A stretch of DNA of 57,356 bases. It comes from Nanobdellati archaeon (GTDB taxonomy: Archaea; Nanobdellota; Nanobdellia; Woesearchaeales; JAADFO01). Location of the stretch: assembly GCA_013152815.1 (NCBI GenBank), contig JAADFO010000072.1, positions 1-57,356 on the forward strand. Reading direction: 5' to 3'. Position 1 is the stretch's first letter. Each line of letters begins with the position of its first letter. The translations under genes were made by a program, and so were the position numbers. Positions 27,781 through 40,965 of this stretch are shown here, one piece after another. Below the pieces are notes generated by a model. The model saw nothing but the letters and a program-made list of their open reading frames with translations, did no database searches and was not told where the DNA came from.

Positions 27781-28608
27781 TCATGGTGGTCCAGACCTCG
27801 ACTTTTCCACCCTTTTGGCCTTTCCCCTTGCCAGCAGAAGTTCTGCTATGGGTAGCGGAAGGCTGACCTGCTGACCAAGCGCATAGGGACCATAGGTGTC
27901 CATCTCAGGACCCATGAACCCGGGAACATCCATAAGCAGCTCCAACGACAAGAGAGGGCCCTCTGAGCCAGGGACTTCTTTGGCATCCTTTCGCTCTGCA
28001 CCTTCTGCACTTTCGGTCGTCACCACAGCCGCTTTTCCTGCGGCTGCCGCAGCTGCCAAGGCGTCTCCTGCCGACCCTTCTTTCCCTGCGTCTCCTGTAC
28101 GTTCATCTGTATCAGCAGATATCGGCAGTTCCGATGGTGGCTGTTGTTCTTCAGGATGGGCGACTTTCTGAGAACCGGAGGATTTTATGCCCTGGGGTTC
28201 TGGGATGTCCTCTTTCCGGGATGTGGCGATGGCCTTCTTTCTGGCCATGAGAAGTTCAAGCACCTTTGTGAAGAGCTCCTTTTCAGGAGGGAGCATGTTC
28301 TTGGTCTGTATCTTTGTGTGCCTGCTCTTTGATTGATAGAGCGCCAGAGTGAGTATCTTCTTCTCCCGCCGGTCATTGAGTTCTGCGAAGAGCTTCTCGG
28401 TATTGTTTATCTGGATAGAGACCTTCTCTGCATCCATATGATTCCCTGCCTGGTCAAAACGTACTTTCAGGGCGGTCTTCTCGCTGACATACTGCTGCAG
28501 GTCCATATAGATGGTCGGACTCAATTCCTGGAGCTCGTCCCGGTTCTTCTCTCTTCTGAGAAGCTCGAAGAGGACTTCAAAAGTTATCGCTATCTCGTTT
28601 TCAGCCAT
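27781..28608 (-). CDS. GINS subunit (Gins51-like) with long low-complexity linker
   Basis: LLRREK..ELQEL, RREKKI, C-terminal VPGFMG..YGPY B-domain; upstream of rpl44e. Confidence 0.8.
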   Translation of the reverse strand: MAENEIAITFEVLFELLRREKNRDELQELSPTIYMDLQQYVSEKTALKVRFDQAGNHMDAEKVSIQINNTEKLFAELNDRREKKILTLALYQSKSRHTKIQTKNMLPPEKELFTKVLELLMARKKAIATSRKEDIPEPQGIKSSGSQKVAHPEEQQPPSELPISADTDERTGDAGKEGSAGDALAAAAAAGKAAVVTTESAEGAERKDAKEVPGSEGPLLSLELLMDVPGFMGPEMDTYGPYALGQQVSLPLPIAELLLARGKAKRVEKSRSGPP

Positions 28609-28722
28609 GCTATCGATGGAATCCCTGTAGATATTTAAAGTATTCGAGGGAGGGGATCCCGACCGGCAGGGTCAGGAGAGCAGATGACAATATATTTATA
28701 GCCTGCTTGGCTGGCCAGCAGA

Positions 28723-29949
28723 ATGGCAACGATCAGCTTCCAGGACATGGCGTTCACCAAGGAAGAAAAAGGACTGAACGTCATGCTCTATAAACTTTAT
28801 ACGTTTACCATCCCTGAGGATGAGCTTGAATCCATGGGCTCGTATGCTGTTGAAGACGCCCACACCCTGAACTTTCCGGGGATGAAGCAGGAGAAAGCAG
28901 AGCGACGTTTCTCGCAGCTCATCGCCAAGCACATCCCTGACCTCCGGTTGGCCATGAACAACGTCCCTGCGCGGTACATCCACCAGGCCTCGGGCATACC
29001 GCTCATGGGGACGAACTATTTCGGCCTGGTGGACAGGGACACGAACATCATCGAATTAAAGCCGATGACCGGCTGCAACCTCAACTGCATCTACTGTTCT
29101 GTCGACGAGGGAAGACGTTCCTCGAAGGTACAGAACTACATCATCGAAGAGGAGTATCTTGTCGAAGAGTTCAAGAAGATTGTGGCCCTCAAGGAATGCG
29201 ACCAGATAGAGGCGCATATCGGAGGCCAGGCAGACCCGTCGCTCTACGCCAGGCTCCCTGAGCTCATCAGCGATCTGCAGGCCATCGAAGAGGTGAAGAC
29301 CATCTCCATCGACACCAACGGGGTGCTGCTATCAGGCAACAGGTCATATCTTGATGAAATCCTTGATGCAGGGCTCACCAGGATGAACCTCTCGCTCAAC
29401 GCGCTTGACCCTGAAATGGCGAAGAGGATGGCAGGGACACCCTATCCTGTCGAACGGGTGAAAGCGCTCGCCGCCTATGTTCTCAGCCGTATCGACCTCA
29501 TAATAGCCCCTACGCTGCTCCCTGGCGTGAACGAGGAAGAGATGCCGAAGATCATAGAATTCGCGAAATCCATCAGCACCCCGAAGAGGGAAGCAAAGGT
29601 CAGGATCCAGAACTTCCTGAGATACCCCCACGGAAGGAACCCGGTGAAGCCCAAGGATTTCGAATGGTTCTTCTCCCGATTGAGACAGTGGGAACGGCAG
29701 CATGAGGTCAAGCTCACCATGATGGACGATGATTCCTTCGTCTTCCTCAAGACCAGGAAGATCCCTAAACCGATGAAGAAAGATGAAGTGGTCCAGGTGG
29801 AGCTGCTCATGCCCGGCAGGCGTAGAGGTGAGATGCTGGGGAAGGCCAGAGGAAGGATGGTCTCGCTTCCGGGATGCAGGAAGCTGCGAGGGACGGTCAG
29901 GGCCAGGATCACCCGCAGCAAGCACAATATCTTCACTGCGAAGGTCTAA
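28723..29949 (+). CDS. Radical SAM protein with C-terminal TRAM-like domain
   Basis: CNLNCIYCSVDEG, DTNG, C-terminal ITRSKHNIF. Confidence 0.9.
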   Translation: MATISFQDMAFTKEEKGLNVMLYKLYTFTIPEDELESMGSYAVEDAHTLNFPGMKQEKAERRFSQLIAKHIPDLRLAMNNVPARYIHQASGIPLMGTNYFGLVDRDTNIIELKPMTGCNLNCIYCSVDEGRRSSKVQNYIIEEEYLVEEFKKIVALKECDQIEAHIGGQADPSLYARLPELISDLQAIEEVKTISIDTNGVLLSGNRSYLDEILDAGLTRMNLSLNALDPEMAKRMAGTPYPVERVKALAAYVLSRIDLIIAPTLLPGVNEEEMPKIIEFAKSISTPKREAKVRIQNFLRYPHGRNPVKPKDFEWFFSRLRQWERQHEVKLTMMDDDSFVFLKTRKIPKPMKKDEVVQVELLMPGRRRGEMLGKARGRMVSLPGCRKLRGTVRARITRSKHNIFTAKV

Positions 29950-30115
29950 AGCTGATTCTCAGTGCTTGATTTCTTTTCAGGGAATGTTTGATGACAGATA
30001 CAGGGTCTATGCTCTCTCAAGAGACAGAGATAGAGCTAGAAAGAAAGAGAGGAGAATAAACAGAGCAGTGATAGAAAGACAGAGAAAAAAAAGAAAAAAG
30101 AAAAAATCAGGCTGT

Positions 30116-32593
30116 CTACTCAGCCGGAGGGTTGTCTGCCGGGACGTCCTGGACAACGACGGTGGGTGCACCAACACTGATGTCTGACAGAGTCGTTCCT
30201 GAAACCTCGACCTCGTCACCGACGAGCTCAGAGGAATACTTGGCGAACTCTGCGACAACCGTGGTGGCTCTCCTGGTGTCCATGGCGCTATAACCAGCCA
30301 CAAGCATGGCGACGTTGCCGTTGGCATGCTCGAACAGCTTGATCATGGCCTTGCCCTCGGTGAAGCCAGAGACGCAGTTTGCAGGGTTGCCCAACAGATC
30401 AGCAGCGGCAGGGTTTGCACAGGGACCGCCGATGACGATGGCGTTCTGTGCAGTGATGTCGCTCACTTCGCTTGCCAGCTTTGAGGCGCTGACAGGGATA
30501 GGCACACTGATCCTTTTGGTGTTGGCTCCTGTGTCTGCTCCCTCAGCAACAGCTCCGCTGGTCACGAAGACGGCCGCAGTGATCTGGTCGTCAGGGTAGA
30601 CGAAGGATGCCTTGCTCTGCGCATTGCTTCCAGAGGGGTCGTCGTATCTCCAGAAGAGACCGTAGACGCCACTGGCATAGCCCAGATAATAGTCGTCGTC
30701 TCCATGCTGGAAGTTTTGGTAGGCAGGGATGCCTGACCAGCTTGTCGAGTTGAGGTCCAGCTGGCTGTTGGTCGTATCCCAATAGGCCTTGATACCGACC
30801 GTATCCCTGCTGGTCCCGTCCTCTGCGGTCTCGGACTGGATGCTGATCCCTGCGTTCTCGCCTGAATCAGACAAAGTTATCTTTGCACCGTACTGGGTGT
30901 AGAGATAGTTCTTGATGCCCGAGTTTCCGTCACCGGTGATGTTGATGTAGGACGAACTGTCGCCCGTACCGGTGATGGTCAGAGAGAACCCGTCGACGAC
31001 CAAGGTTCCTTGGTTGTTCGCGTCATAGGTGACCTCATAGATCTCGTTGGATCCGACGTCCTGGATCTTATAGATGTTGTCGGCGTTCTGGGTCCCTTTG
31101 TACTTGAGGATCCTGCTGAACCCTCCTTCAGAACCATCACCAACAACAACCATGTCCTCGTCATCGACAGATGTGCCTGCAGAGGTGACCAGGTCCCGCT
31201 TGTTGGAACCAGAGACCTTACCGAGGAACACTCCGTCTCCGGATGTCCTTCCGACGATATCTTCACTGATGGTCTGGCCGGCCTTGTTCTTGAAGGTCAG
31301 CTTGTAGCCATCATTGCCCGAAGACTTGAAGACGATGTCTTCGGTCTTCGGTATCTGAAGACCTTCGTAGGTGATGTCGAATCCGTCCAGGAAGACGTTT
31401 CCGCTGTCGCCTTCGACCTCGTCTGCAGCAGCGCTCAGACCCTGACCCGGTGCGATGAACAGCTCCTCAGAGGGCGAATAATAGACCTCCAGTTGGCTGA
31501 TCGTCACGTCTGCTCCGGTGGAGAGTCCTCCGTCAGAGCTGGTCGAGATCTGCGCATAGGTGTTGGCGAGGGTCTCAGAACCGACCTGGACACTGCCAGT
31601 GTCAGTAGTCGAGGACGTATTGGTGTCGGTGATGACGATCTTCTTGGCTCCCAGGTAGAACGTGACGATGTCTGCACCGCCTTCTTCAGTCCCTTCGTTC
31701 TCCATGAGGTCTCGCACACCGATCTCAGATCCGTCATCGAGGACATAGGTCTCTCCCGCCGTGAGCGGATCAGTCACTTCGCCATTGACCTTGAACTTGA
31801 CTTCTGTCGTCGTAATGGCGATGACCTCGACCTTGTACTCCTTGCCGCCTATATTATAGGTCTTGGAGGTGTACTCCTCAAGGGTGTCCTCTGTTGCGCC
31901 GCCCATCAGGGTCAGCTTCAGGCTTTCGACTGCCGGGTGCTCTGCCTTGACGACCGTGTAGGACTTGCCGAGAAGCGTGAGCTTCTTGTTCTCCAGGTCC
32001 TCCAACCGGTCGTTGGCATCGTTGTCTGACTTCAGCGCGGGGGTGAAGGTCAGCTTGTACGTATAGGCCCTGCTGGTGTTGAAGAGCAGGTAGTCTCCCG
32101 GAACCTCATTGTCATGGAAGGTGTCCTTGGTCCAGTTGACATGGGCATTGCTGGGGAGATCGATGTACTGGGTGTACGTGAAGTCACCGAACTCGTTCCG
32201 GACGACGCCTGACTTAAGCGCTGCCAGATCAGACTCGGTCACTGACGTGATTCCCGTGCTGGTCAGAGACTCGCCGAGCTCGAGCTTGTCCGTGGACTGC
32301 TCGATCTTCTTTGAATCTCCGCTCAGGGCGATATCACCCGGATCAGAAATCGTCTCTGTCTTGTAGGCCTGCACCTGCAGGGAAGCTACAACATTGACTG
32401 CGCCGATGACATCTGCGGCGGCAGCTGCGTCTCCTACGACGACAATCCCGTTGAAAGTCCCGTCATCACCGATGAACAACGGTCTGGGATAGTCGGAGAG
32501 ATCTGCAGCTGCAGCACCGAACATAGTCGCTCCAAACATGGAGACTCCGGCACCTAAGGCTAAAATCTTTTTTACTGCCTTTCGCAACCTCAT
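30116..32593 (-). CDS. S-layer protein (Methanococcales-type N/C termini)
   Basis: Signal peptide KKILALGAG, DLSDYP, VVVGDAAAAADVIGA, IVIGGPCAN, LVAGYSAMDT; acidic, Thr/Ser/Asp rich. Confidence 0.88.
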   Translation of the reverse strand: MRLRKAVKKILALGAGVSMFGATMFGAAAADLSDYPRPLFIGDDGTFNGIVVVGDAAAAADVIGAVNVVASLQVQAYKTETISDPGDIALSGDSKKIEQSTDKLELGESLTSTGITSVTESDLAALKSGVVRNEFGDFTYTQYIDLPSNAHVNWTKDTFHDNEVPGDYLLFNTSRAYTYKLTFTPALKSDNDANDRLEDLENKKLTLLGKSYTVVKAEHPAVESLKLTLMGGATEDTLEEYTSKTYNIGGKEYKVEVIAITTTEVKFKVNGEVTDPLTAGETYVLDDGSEIGVRDLMENEGTEEGGADIVTFYLGAKKIVITDTNTSSTTDTGSVQVGSETLANTYAQISTSSDGGLSTGADVTISQLEVYYSPSEELFIAPGQGLSAAADEVEGDSGNVFLDGFDITYEGLQIPKTEDIVFKSSGNDGYKLTFKNKAGQTISEDIVGRTSGDGVFLGKVSGSNKRDLVTSAGTSVDDEDMVVVGDGSEGGFSRILKYKGTQNADNIYKIQDVGSNEIYEVTYDANNQGTLVVDGFSLTITGTGDSSSYINITGDGNSGIKNYLYTQYGAKITLSDSGENAGISIQSETAEDGTSRDTVGIKAYWDTTNSQLDLNSTSWSGIPAYQNFQHGDDDYYLGYASGVYGLFWRYDDPSGSNAQSKASFVYPDDQITAAVFVTSGAVAEGADTGANTKRISVPIPVSASKLASEVSDITAQNAIVIGGPCANPAAADLLGNPANCVSGFTEGKAMIKLFEHANGNVAMLVAGYSAMDTRRATTVVAEFAKYSSELVGDEVEVSGTTLSDISVGAPTVVVQDVPADNPPAE

Positions 32594-33075
32594 TATCTAA
32601 CACCTCCGAGTTTTTACTCAATCGTGTTGGTTTTTTCCTAATCGCTTTTCGCTTTATCTTTTTTGGATGTGCGTCATCACTTCTCAGGTCATCCCTGTCA
32701 TTCAAACGTTTACATTCGCTCAACAATCCTGAAGATGAGGACTGGATGGACCTGTAAACCAAGGTATCTGATGACCTATCATCTTTATAAAGTTTTCGCA
32801 AGCTTCCCCGACGACAGATCATACGACCAGCCAGAAAGCACTGAAAGACCCGAATTCTTAGAAATTAACCGTTCACCACTCCCGGATGATTTCACTTTTC
32901 CCATATAAAGAAGCCCTGTTTTCTTTAAATATGAAAGACCCGCATTTTCACATCATCATACATCATCACATCCAAATGAGCGACCAGGAGGACAGGATTT
33001 GGTGTTGTGCATGATGTTTCCCTGAAAACAGACGAGACCGCCACTGGGCGAAGATGCGAAAGATGCGAAGAAAGA

Positions 33076-33196
33076 TGCGGAGAGCAGGATTCGAACCTGC
33101 GAAGGCACTAAGCCAACAGGTCTCTTCGCAAGATGCGGCAGATAAGCCACATAACGCTCCTAAGCCTGTCCCGTTTGACCGCTCCGGCATCCCCGC
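33076..33196 (-). tRNA. tRNA-Leu(TAG) with 37-nt intron at 37/38 (33122-33158)
   Basis: GCGGGGA/TCTCCGC acceptor, ACAGG-CT-TAG, long variable arm, A73. Confidence 0.93.
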
Positions 33197-33387
33197 ATGA
33201 AAGGAAAGGAAATGTAAGCTAACAAAAAAGGGCACAGCCCGACAACCTTTTTAAAGGTTATCATCATATGTCGGGCACTTGAGAAAGTAAGGGCCGGCGT
33301 CCTTCGCGAGGCATCATCCAGTACAGGAGCATCCGGCTACAGGAGCAATACAGGAGTGAAGGGGCAGGCGCATGTCCGATGTCTGTT

Positions 33388-35199
33388 TCATGACCTGACC
33401 AGGAGAGCACGCACCTCTTGGGCGAAAGGACCTCTGGGTGCCAGAAAAAGATACTGTGAAAGCTCTGCTTTCCCTTTCTCCACATCCATCCCCGAGAGGA
33501 CCAGCAACATACCCAGGTTCTTGTGCATCTCTGCATTCCCCGGATCAAGGGACAGCAGGTAGGACATCTCTTCTGCCAATGCAGATGCTTCTTCCGGAGA
33601 AGAGGGCGCTTTGATGGCACGAGGCCCCAGAAGAGAGAAGCCTCTCAGATGCTCGGTGTCTGGCCTGACCGGCACGAAGACCGAGACCAGCTCATCAAAA
33701 TAGACCAGCTTGAACGACCTGTTCCCGAGCAGGTGTCTCTCGAGAGGAGAACCATGGCTCAGGAGGAAACCGTCGATGGCATAAGGGGCCAGGAGGTCTT
33801 CCCATCCGTCCAGCTGCTCGCTGATGATGAGATATCTTTTCATCATATCCTCCCCGTACATATCGATGCGGCCGTCGATGAAGACCTTGGTCCGGGGATA
33901 GCCTTTGAAGATAGCAACACCGCCGTGGGCATAGTCGTTGAAGAGGTCGGGACCGATATCATGGTTCAGGATGAAGTCCATGGCATTGAGAGCGTATTGC
34001 CGTCGGGGAAAAGAGGGAGAAAAAGCCGTCCCTGCATGCACCATGACCGCACCGATGAAGAGGATGAGCACGAGGAAGAGAGGCAGTGCAGCAGAAGACC
34101 GTTCAGACCAGACACGGAAGATGCGCCGTGAAGGCATTCCCGGCCCTGCCATCAGCCGCCTGAGGCGGTCGGCGATGGCGATGATGAGGAAAAAGACAGC
34201 CACAGGCAGGTTCCGCCGCGCATTGAATGCCAAAGGCACCATGACAAGCAGCGGAAGGAGATCTGCGATCCGTATGCCTCGTGTCCTGAAGACCAGGAAC
34301 AGCAACAGGACCAGCAGGAGGACGAAAACGATCAGATGAGGATCTCCAAGGGGAAACGGCTGCCATTCGGCGATGAACTCCTTGCTTTCAGAGATGATAT
34401 GGAACGGGGTGAGAAAGACCCGATAGCTTACCGGATTCAGGAGCGCCGCAAAAGGGAGAGGAAGAAAGGGATACACAGCTTTGAAAGAGCGTGATCGCCA
34501 CCACGCTTCAAGAGCGTAGGAACCGGCGACGAAGAGTCCTATCATCACGCTGGCATGGGCATTCGCCCAGATGATGAAAAGAGGGATGAGCAACAGGGGA
34601 GTCTTCCTTTTTCGCAGGATAAAGAGGGTCAGCAACAGGAAGAGCCAGAAGAACAGGTGGGGCCGGAGCAGCAGATGGAACTGCACGAGAAGCGCAGCAA
34701 TCACCGTCAGGGTCAGCCAGAGATAGGGATACTCTTTCTCCCGGATGAGCGACCAAAGAAGGGACATCACCAGGACGAACACGAAGGCCTTGAACCAGAC
34801 AAGGGCACCGAACCCGAGAAGAGAGGCGACGCCATAGAGGACTATCTCGGAGAGCCATTCGAGAGCGACCCAGGGATGCCCTTCCCGGGTGAAGGAATAG
34901 CTGTCCTGTGAAGGGATGTGCATCTCCTTGACGATGAGCTCTCCGGTCTTGAGGTGCCACCAAAGATCGTTGTTGGTGTCGAAGAAATGCAGCCCTATCC
35001 CAAAAATGAGGAGGAAGGCGAAGGCCATAGCCAAGAGCGGACGGCTTGAGAGAGCGCCCGCTGCACCCTGGCCCGGACGATGTCCATCATGCCCCTGAGC
35101 ATCACGCATCGGCCGCCTCGCCGTCTTCCTCGTGGGACGAACCTTCCTTGGCGGATGATCGGGAGCAGACCTGTCAGGGGGTTTTTTCATGACGACCAA
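33388..35199 (-). CDS. Multi-pass membrane protein, GT-C-like, with C-terminal TPR-like helices
   Basis: DLWWHLKTG, EWL, RPHLF, WANAH, EWQP, FIDGR; true start may be downstream. Confidence 0.75.
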   Translation of the reverse strand: MVVMKKPPDRSAPDHPPRKVRPTRKTARRPMRDAQGHDGHRPGQGAAGALSSRPLLAMAFAFLLIFGIGLHFFDTNNDLWWHLKTGELIVKEMHIPSQDSYSFTREGHPWVALEWLSEIVLYGVASLLGFGALVWFKAFVFVLVMSLLWSLIREKEYPYLWLTLTVIAALLVQFHLLLRPHLFFWLFLLLTLFILRKRKTPLLLIPLFIIWANAHASVMIGLFVAGSYALEAWWRSRSFKAVYPFLPLPFAALLNPVSYRVFLTPFHIISESKEFIAEWQPFPLGDPHLIVFVLLLVLLLFLVFRTRGIRIADLLPLLVMVPLAFNARRNLPVAVFFLIIAIADRLRRLMAGPGMPSRRIFRVWSERSSAALPLFLVLILFIGAVMVHAGTAFSPSFPRRQYALNAMDFILNHDIGPDLFNDYAHGGVAIFKGYPRTKVFIDGRIDMYGEDMMKRYLIISEQLDGWEDLLAPYAIDGFLLSHGSPLERHLLGNRSFKLVYFDELVSVFVPVRPDTEHLRGFSLLGPRAIKAPSSPEEASALAEEMSYLLSLDPGNAEMHKNLGMLLVLSGMDVEKGKAELSQYLFLAPRGPFAQEVRALLVRS

Positions 35200-35299
35200 A
35201 GAGATCAGAGGAAGAGATTAAATTTAAAACTATGCATCAATCATAGAAAGATCATAAGAAGAAAGAAAAAGGAAGAAAAAGGAAGAGAAAGAATCCCGA

Positions 35300-35464
35300 T
35301 CACTTCTTCTGCCAGGAATAGCTCCGGAGTTTAGCGCTCTTTCCGTAACCGCAGGAAGAGCAGACCTTTTTCCTCATGTGATAGGTCTTCTGGCCACAAC
35401 GCCTACAGACTATGTGGGTCGTCTTGCCTGATTTTTTTCCGTGGGATGCTGTTCCTTTGCTCAT
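35300..35464 (-). CDS. rpl37e: 50S ribosomal protein eL37; not in ORF track
   Basis: Hand translation [54 protein letters not shown]. Confidence 0.96.
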   Translation of the reverse strand: MSKGTASHGKKSGKTTHIVCRRCGQKTYHMRKKVCSSCGYGKSAKLRSYSWQKK

Positions 35465-35577
35465 GGTATCACATCAAATAGCTGAAAGGGAATGTCGGAA
35501 TATCACCGCAAACATTCAGCAGGCATGACCCGACCAGACTGAAAGACCAGACCGAAGGTTTGCGGAAAGGGAATCGA

Positions 35578-35802
35578 TCATGCAGGGGATATCAGGATGA
35601 TGGTGTCTCCTCTGATGAAGACCAGACCGAGTTTTCGCTTGAGCGAACCATCAACCATCTCTTCGGCCTCCTCCAGGACGACATTGATATGGATGTCGAA
35701 CGCCTTGAGCTTGCCGACCAGTCGGGTATGATTCTTCAATTCGACGATGACTCTTTTGTCTCTTGCTCGGTTCAATGTATCTAACGGTCTTGATTGTTCC
35801 AT
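35578..35802 (-). CDS. Sm-like archaeal protein (Lsm/SmAP1)
   Basis: RPLDTL, GKLKAFDIHINVVL, IRGD; upstream of rpl37e. Confidence 0.95.
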   Translation of the reverse strand: MEQSRPLDTLNRARDKRVIVELKNHTRLVGKLKAFDIHINVVLEEAEEMVDGSLKRKLGLVFIRGDTIILISPA

Positions 35803-35965
35803 AAAAACACCTCAATCATAATCAATCATCATCCATCTGTGTGCTTGCTTTCTTGATGAGCCTTCCTGATTCTCCTTGAACACAACAAGATAAGGGCTGA
35901 AATCCTGTTCCTGTGAAATATGGTTCATTTATAAATGTTTGCTTTAAAAGAAACAGGAAAAAGGT

Positions 35966-37198
35966 TCAGCAACCTTCAATCTTCTGTTCTCTGAGGGCTT
36001 CCAGGCCCACCAGTTCCTGCCCTGAGAAGAGGACCAGTGAAGCTCCTCCTCCTGTCGAGATATGGGTCATCTTTTCAGCGACCCCTGCTGAGGCCACAGC
36101 CGATGCGGTGTCTCCCCCTCCGATGATACGCACAGATGAGAGAGAGGCAAGATAATGTGCAAGTTCATGGGTAGCATAATCGAAAGGAGGCGTCTCGAAA
36201 GCGCCCAGTGGGCCGTTCCAGATGATGGTCTTCGCCCTGGAGAGCGTCTCCTTGAACAGGACAACGGTCTTTTCGCCTACATCAAAGCCCTTCAGCGAGG
36301 AGGGGATGGCTTCGACAGGCACCTCTTTTCGTGTGGCCTGCTCGGTGAGTTCCCTGGCCACGGCCACATCAACAGGAAGCACAAGACGTTCCCCGTGCTC
36401 CCTGAGCATATCCCTGGCAAGCGCAAGAGAAGTATCGTCGACAAGGGAAGCTCCCACATCGAGACCCCTTGCCTTGAGGAAGGTGAACATCATGGCTCCG
36501 CCTATCAGGAGATGGTCCACAGAGCCAAGAAGATTCTTGATGAGAGGGATCTTGGTCGCGAGTTTCAGCCCACCGACCATGGCCACGAACGGACGTTCTG
36601 GCTTATGGAGCGCCTTCCCGATGAGAGACACCTCTTTGTCCAGCAGGAAGCCAGCATAGCCAGGCAGGAATGAGGTTATGGCTGATATGGAGGCATGGGC
36701 CCGGTGAGAGACAGCGAAGGCATCGTTGCAATAGACCTCACCGAGACGAGAGAGCTTTTTCGCGAAGAGCGGATCGTTCGCCTCTTCCCCAGGATGGAAC
36801 CGGAGATTCTCGAGAAGGATGAGGTCGCCGTCGTCCATGGAAGCTACTTCGTTCTCGACAAGCCTGCCGATGCAATCGTCGAGTTTCTTGACCGGATGCA
36901 TGAGCAGCTCTGAAAGACGGGAAGCCACCGCATCCATCCGAAAACGCCTCTGGAAGGAAGGATCTGAAGGATCTGAAGGATCGATATTCTCCGGCCTCAC
37001 CGGCCTTCCCAGATGGCTCATGAGGACGACCTTGGCATCATGGTCCAGAAGGTAGCGGATGGTCGGCAAAGAGTCAGCTATCCTTTTATCGTCGAGGATG
37101 TTGCCGCTCTTGTCCAGGGGGACGTTGAAGTCGACCCGCACAAGGACGTGTTTATGGGTGACATCTGCCTCATCGATTCGTTGTATGGTCTTACGCAT
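35966..37198 (-). CDS. pgk: Phosphoglycerate kinase
   Basis: RVDFNVP, SHLGRP, LENLRF, NDAF..HRAHAS, WNGP, STGGGA. Confidence 0.98.
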   Translation of the reverse strand: MRKTIQRIDEADVTHKHVLVRVDFNVPLDKSGNILDDKRIADSLPTIRYLLDHDAKVVLMSHLGRPVRPENIDPSDPSDPSFQRRFRMDAVASRLSELLMHPVKKLDDCIGRLVENEVASMDDGDLILLENLRFHPGEEANDPLFAKKLSRLGEVYCNDAFAVSHRAHASISAITSFLPGYAGFLLDKEVSLIGKALHKPERPFVAMVGGLKLATKIPLIKNLLGSVDHLLIGGAMMFTFLKARGLDVGASLVDDTSLALARDMLREHGERLVLPVDVAVARELTEQATRKEVPVEAIPSSLKGFDVGEKTVVLFKETLSRAKTIIWNGPLGAFETPPFDYATHELAHYLASLSSVRIIGGGDTASAVASAGVAEKMTHISTGGGASLVLFSGQELVGLEALREQKIEGC

Positions 37199-37286
37199 GG
37201 AGCATCTCCAGGCAAGCTATCCTGCCCGAACAGAGGATAAGGTTAAAGAGAGCGTCAGCGCGCATTAGCGCGCATCAGTGAGAGCA

Positions 37287-38279
37287 TCATTTCATAAGAT
37301 GCTTGATCATGTCGACCATCCTGGAGGAATAGCCCCATTCGTTGTCATACCAGGCGACGACTTTCACCAGGGTCCCCTGGGACCGGGTCTCCCTGCTGTC
37401 GATGATGCAGGAATGGGGATCGCCGATGATGTCAGAGGACACCAGGGGCTCGTCAGCATAGGAGATGACCCCCCGCAGCTCATGCTCAGCGACACTCCGG
37501 AAGAGCCTGTTCAGCGCGTCGGCATCTGCCGGCTTCTCCAGTTCGGCGACAAAATCGATGATGGACCCGTCCAGCACCGGGACGCGGAGTGCATAGCCGT
37601 CCAGACGCCCCTGGAGTTCTGGCAGAACCAGGGCGACGGCCTTGGCAGCGCCGGTGGTCGTGGGCACGATGTTGCTTGGAGCCGCCCGGGCACGACGGAG
37701 ATCCTTATGAGGAAGGTCCAGGAGGTTCTGGTCGTTGGTCATGGCGTGCACCGTCGTGAGAAAGCCTCGCCGGACCGTGAAATTATCGTGGAGCACCTTC
37801 ACCAGAGGAGCAAGACAGTTCGTCGTGCAGGACGCGTTGGAGATGATATGATGCTTCAGAGGATCATACTCTCCCTCATTGACGCCTTTGACAAGGGTAA
37901 GGTCCGGATCCTTTGCAGGTGCAGAGATCAGGACTTTCCTCGCTCCTGCAGCCAGGTGCTTTGAGGCGCCCTCCCGGTCGCGGAAACGGCCGGTCGATTC
38001 CACCACCACATCCACCTGCAGGTCCTTCCAGGGCAGCTTTGAGGGATCCCGCTCGGCGAATATCTGGACGCGCTTGCCGTCGACGATGAGCGCGTCGTCA
38101 GTGAAGCTGACCTTCTTGTCCCATCGGCCATGGACCGTGTCGTGGGTGAGCAAGTGCGCCAATGTCCGGGGGTCGGTCAGGTCGTTCACCGCCACGAACG
38201 TCAATTCCTCATCGTCGAAGCCTGCCCGGAACACGAGCCTGCCTATCCTCCCGAAACCGTTGATAGCAACATTCACCAT
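37287..38279 (-). CDS. gap: Glyceraldehyde-3-phosphate dehydrogenase, type I (bacterial-type)
   Basis: INGFGRIGR, SNASCTTNCLAP, WYDNEWGYS. Confidence 0.97.
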   Translation of the reverse strand: MVNVAINGFGRIGRLVFRAGFDDEELTFVAVNDLTDPRTLAHLLTHDTVHGRWDKKVSFTDDALIVDGKRVQIFAERDPSKLPWKDLQVDVVVESTGRFRDREGASKHLAAGARKVLISAPAKDPDLTLVKGVNEGEYDPLKHHIISNASCTTNCLAPLVKVLHDNFTVRRGFLTTVHAMTNDQNLLDLPHKDLRRARAAPSNIVPTTTGAAKAVALVLPELQGRLDGYALRVPVLDGSIIDFVAELEKPADADALNRLFRSVAEHELRGVISYADEPLVSSDIIGDPHSCIIDSRETRSQGTLVKVVAWYDNEWGYSSRMVDMIKHLMK

Positions 38280-38296
38280 TTTTTTTTCACCGTTTG

Positions 38297-40717
<2,421 letters not shown>

Positions 40718-40965
40718 TCACCCCATTTATTCTCTCCCTTTTGCGAAGGAGAACATGAAAAAAAGAGCAGGTCTTATAAAGTTTTCTTTTCGGGGAAGAA
40801 AAAGGGGATGGGAGGCAAGGGTCAGGCCGCCATAGTGGAAGGACGACAGGGGGAGAGGATCGAGAAGGTCCCTTCACACGAATGTCACTTGAACGTCACT
40901 TGAACGTCACTTCAAGAGAGGGGAACAACAAGTTTTTATAGGAGCAGAGTCCCTAATCTGCCCTC

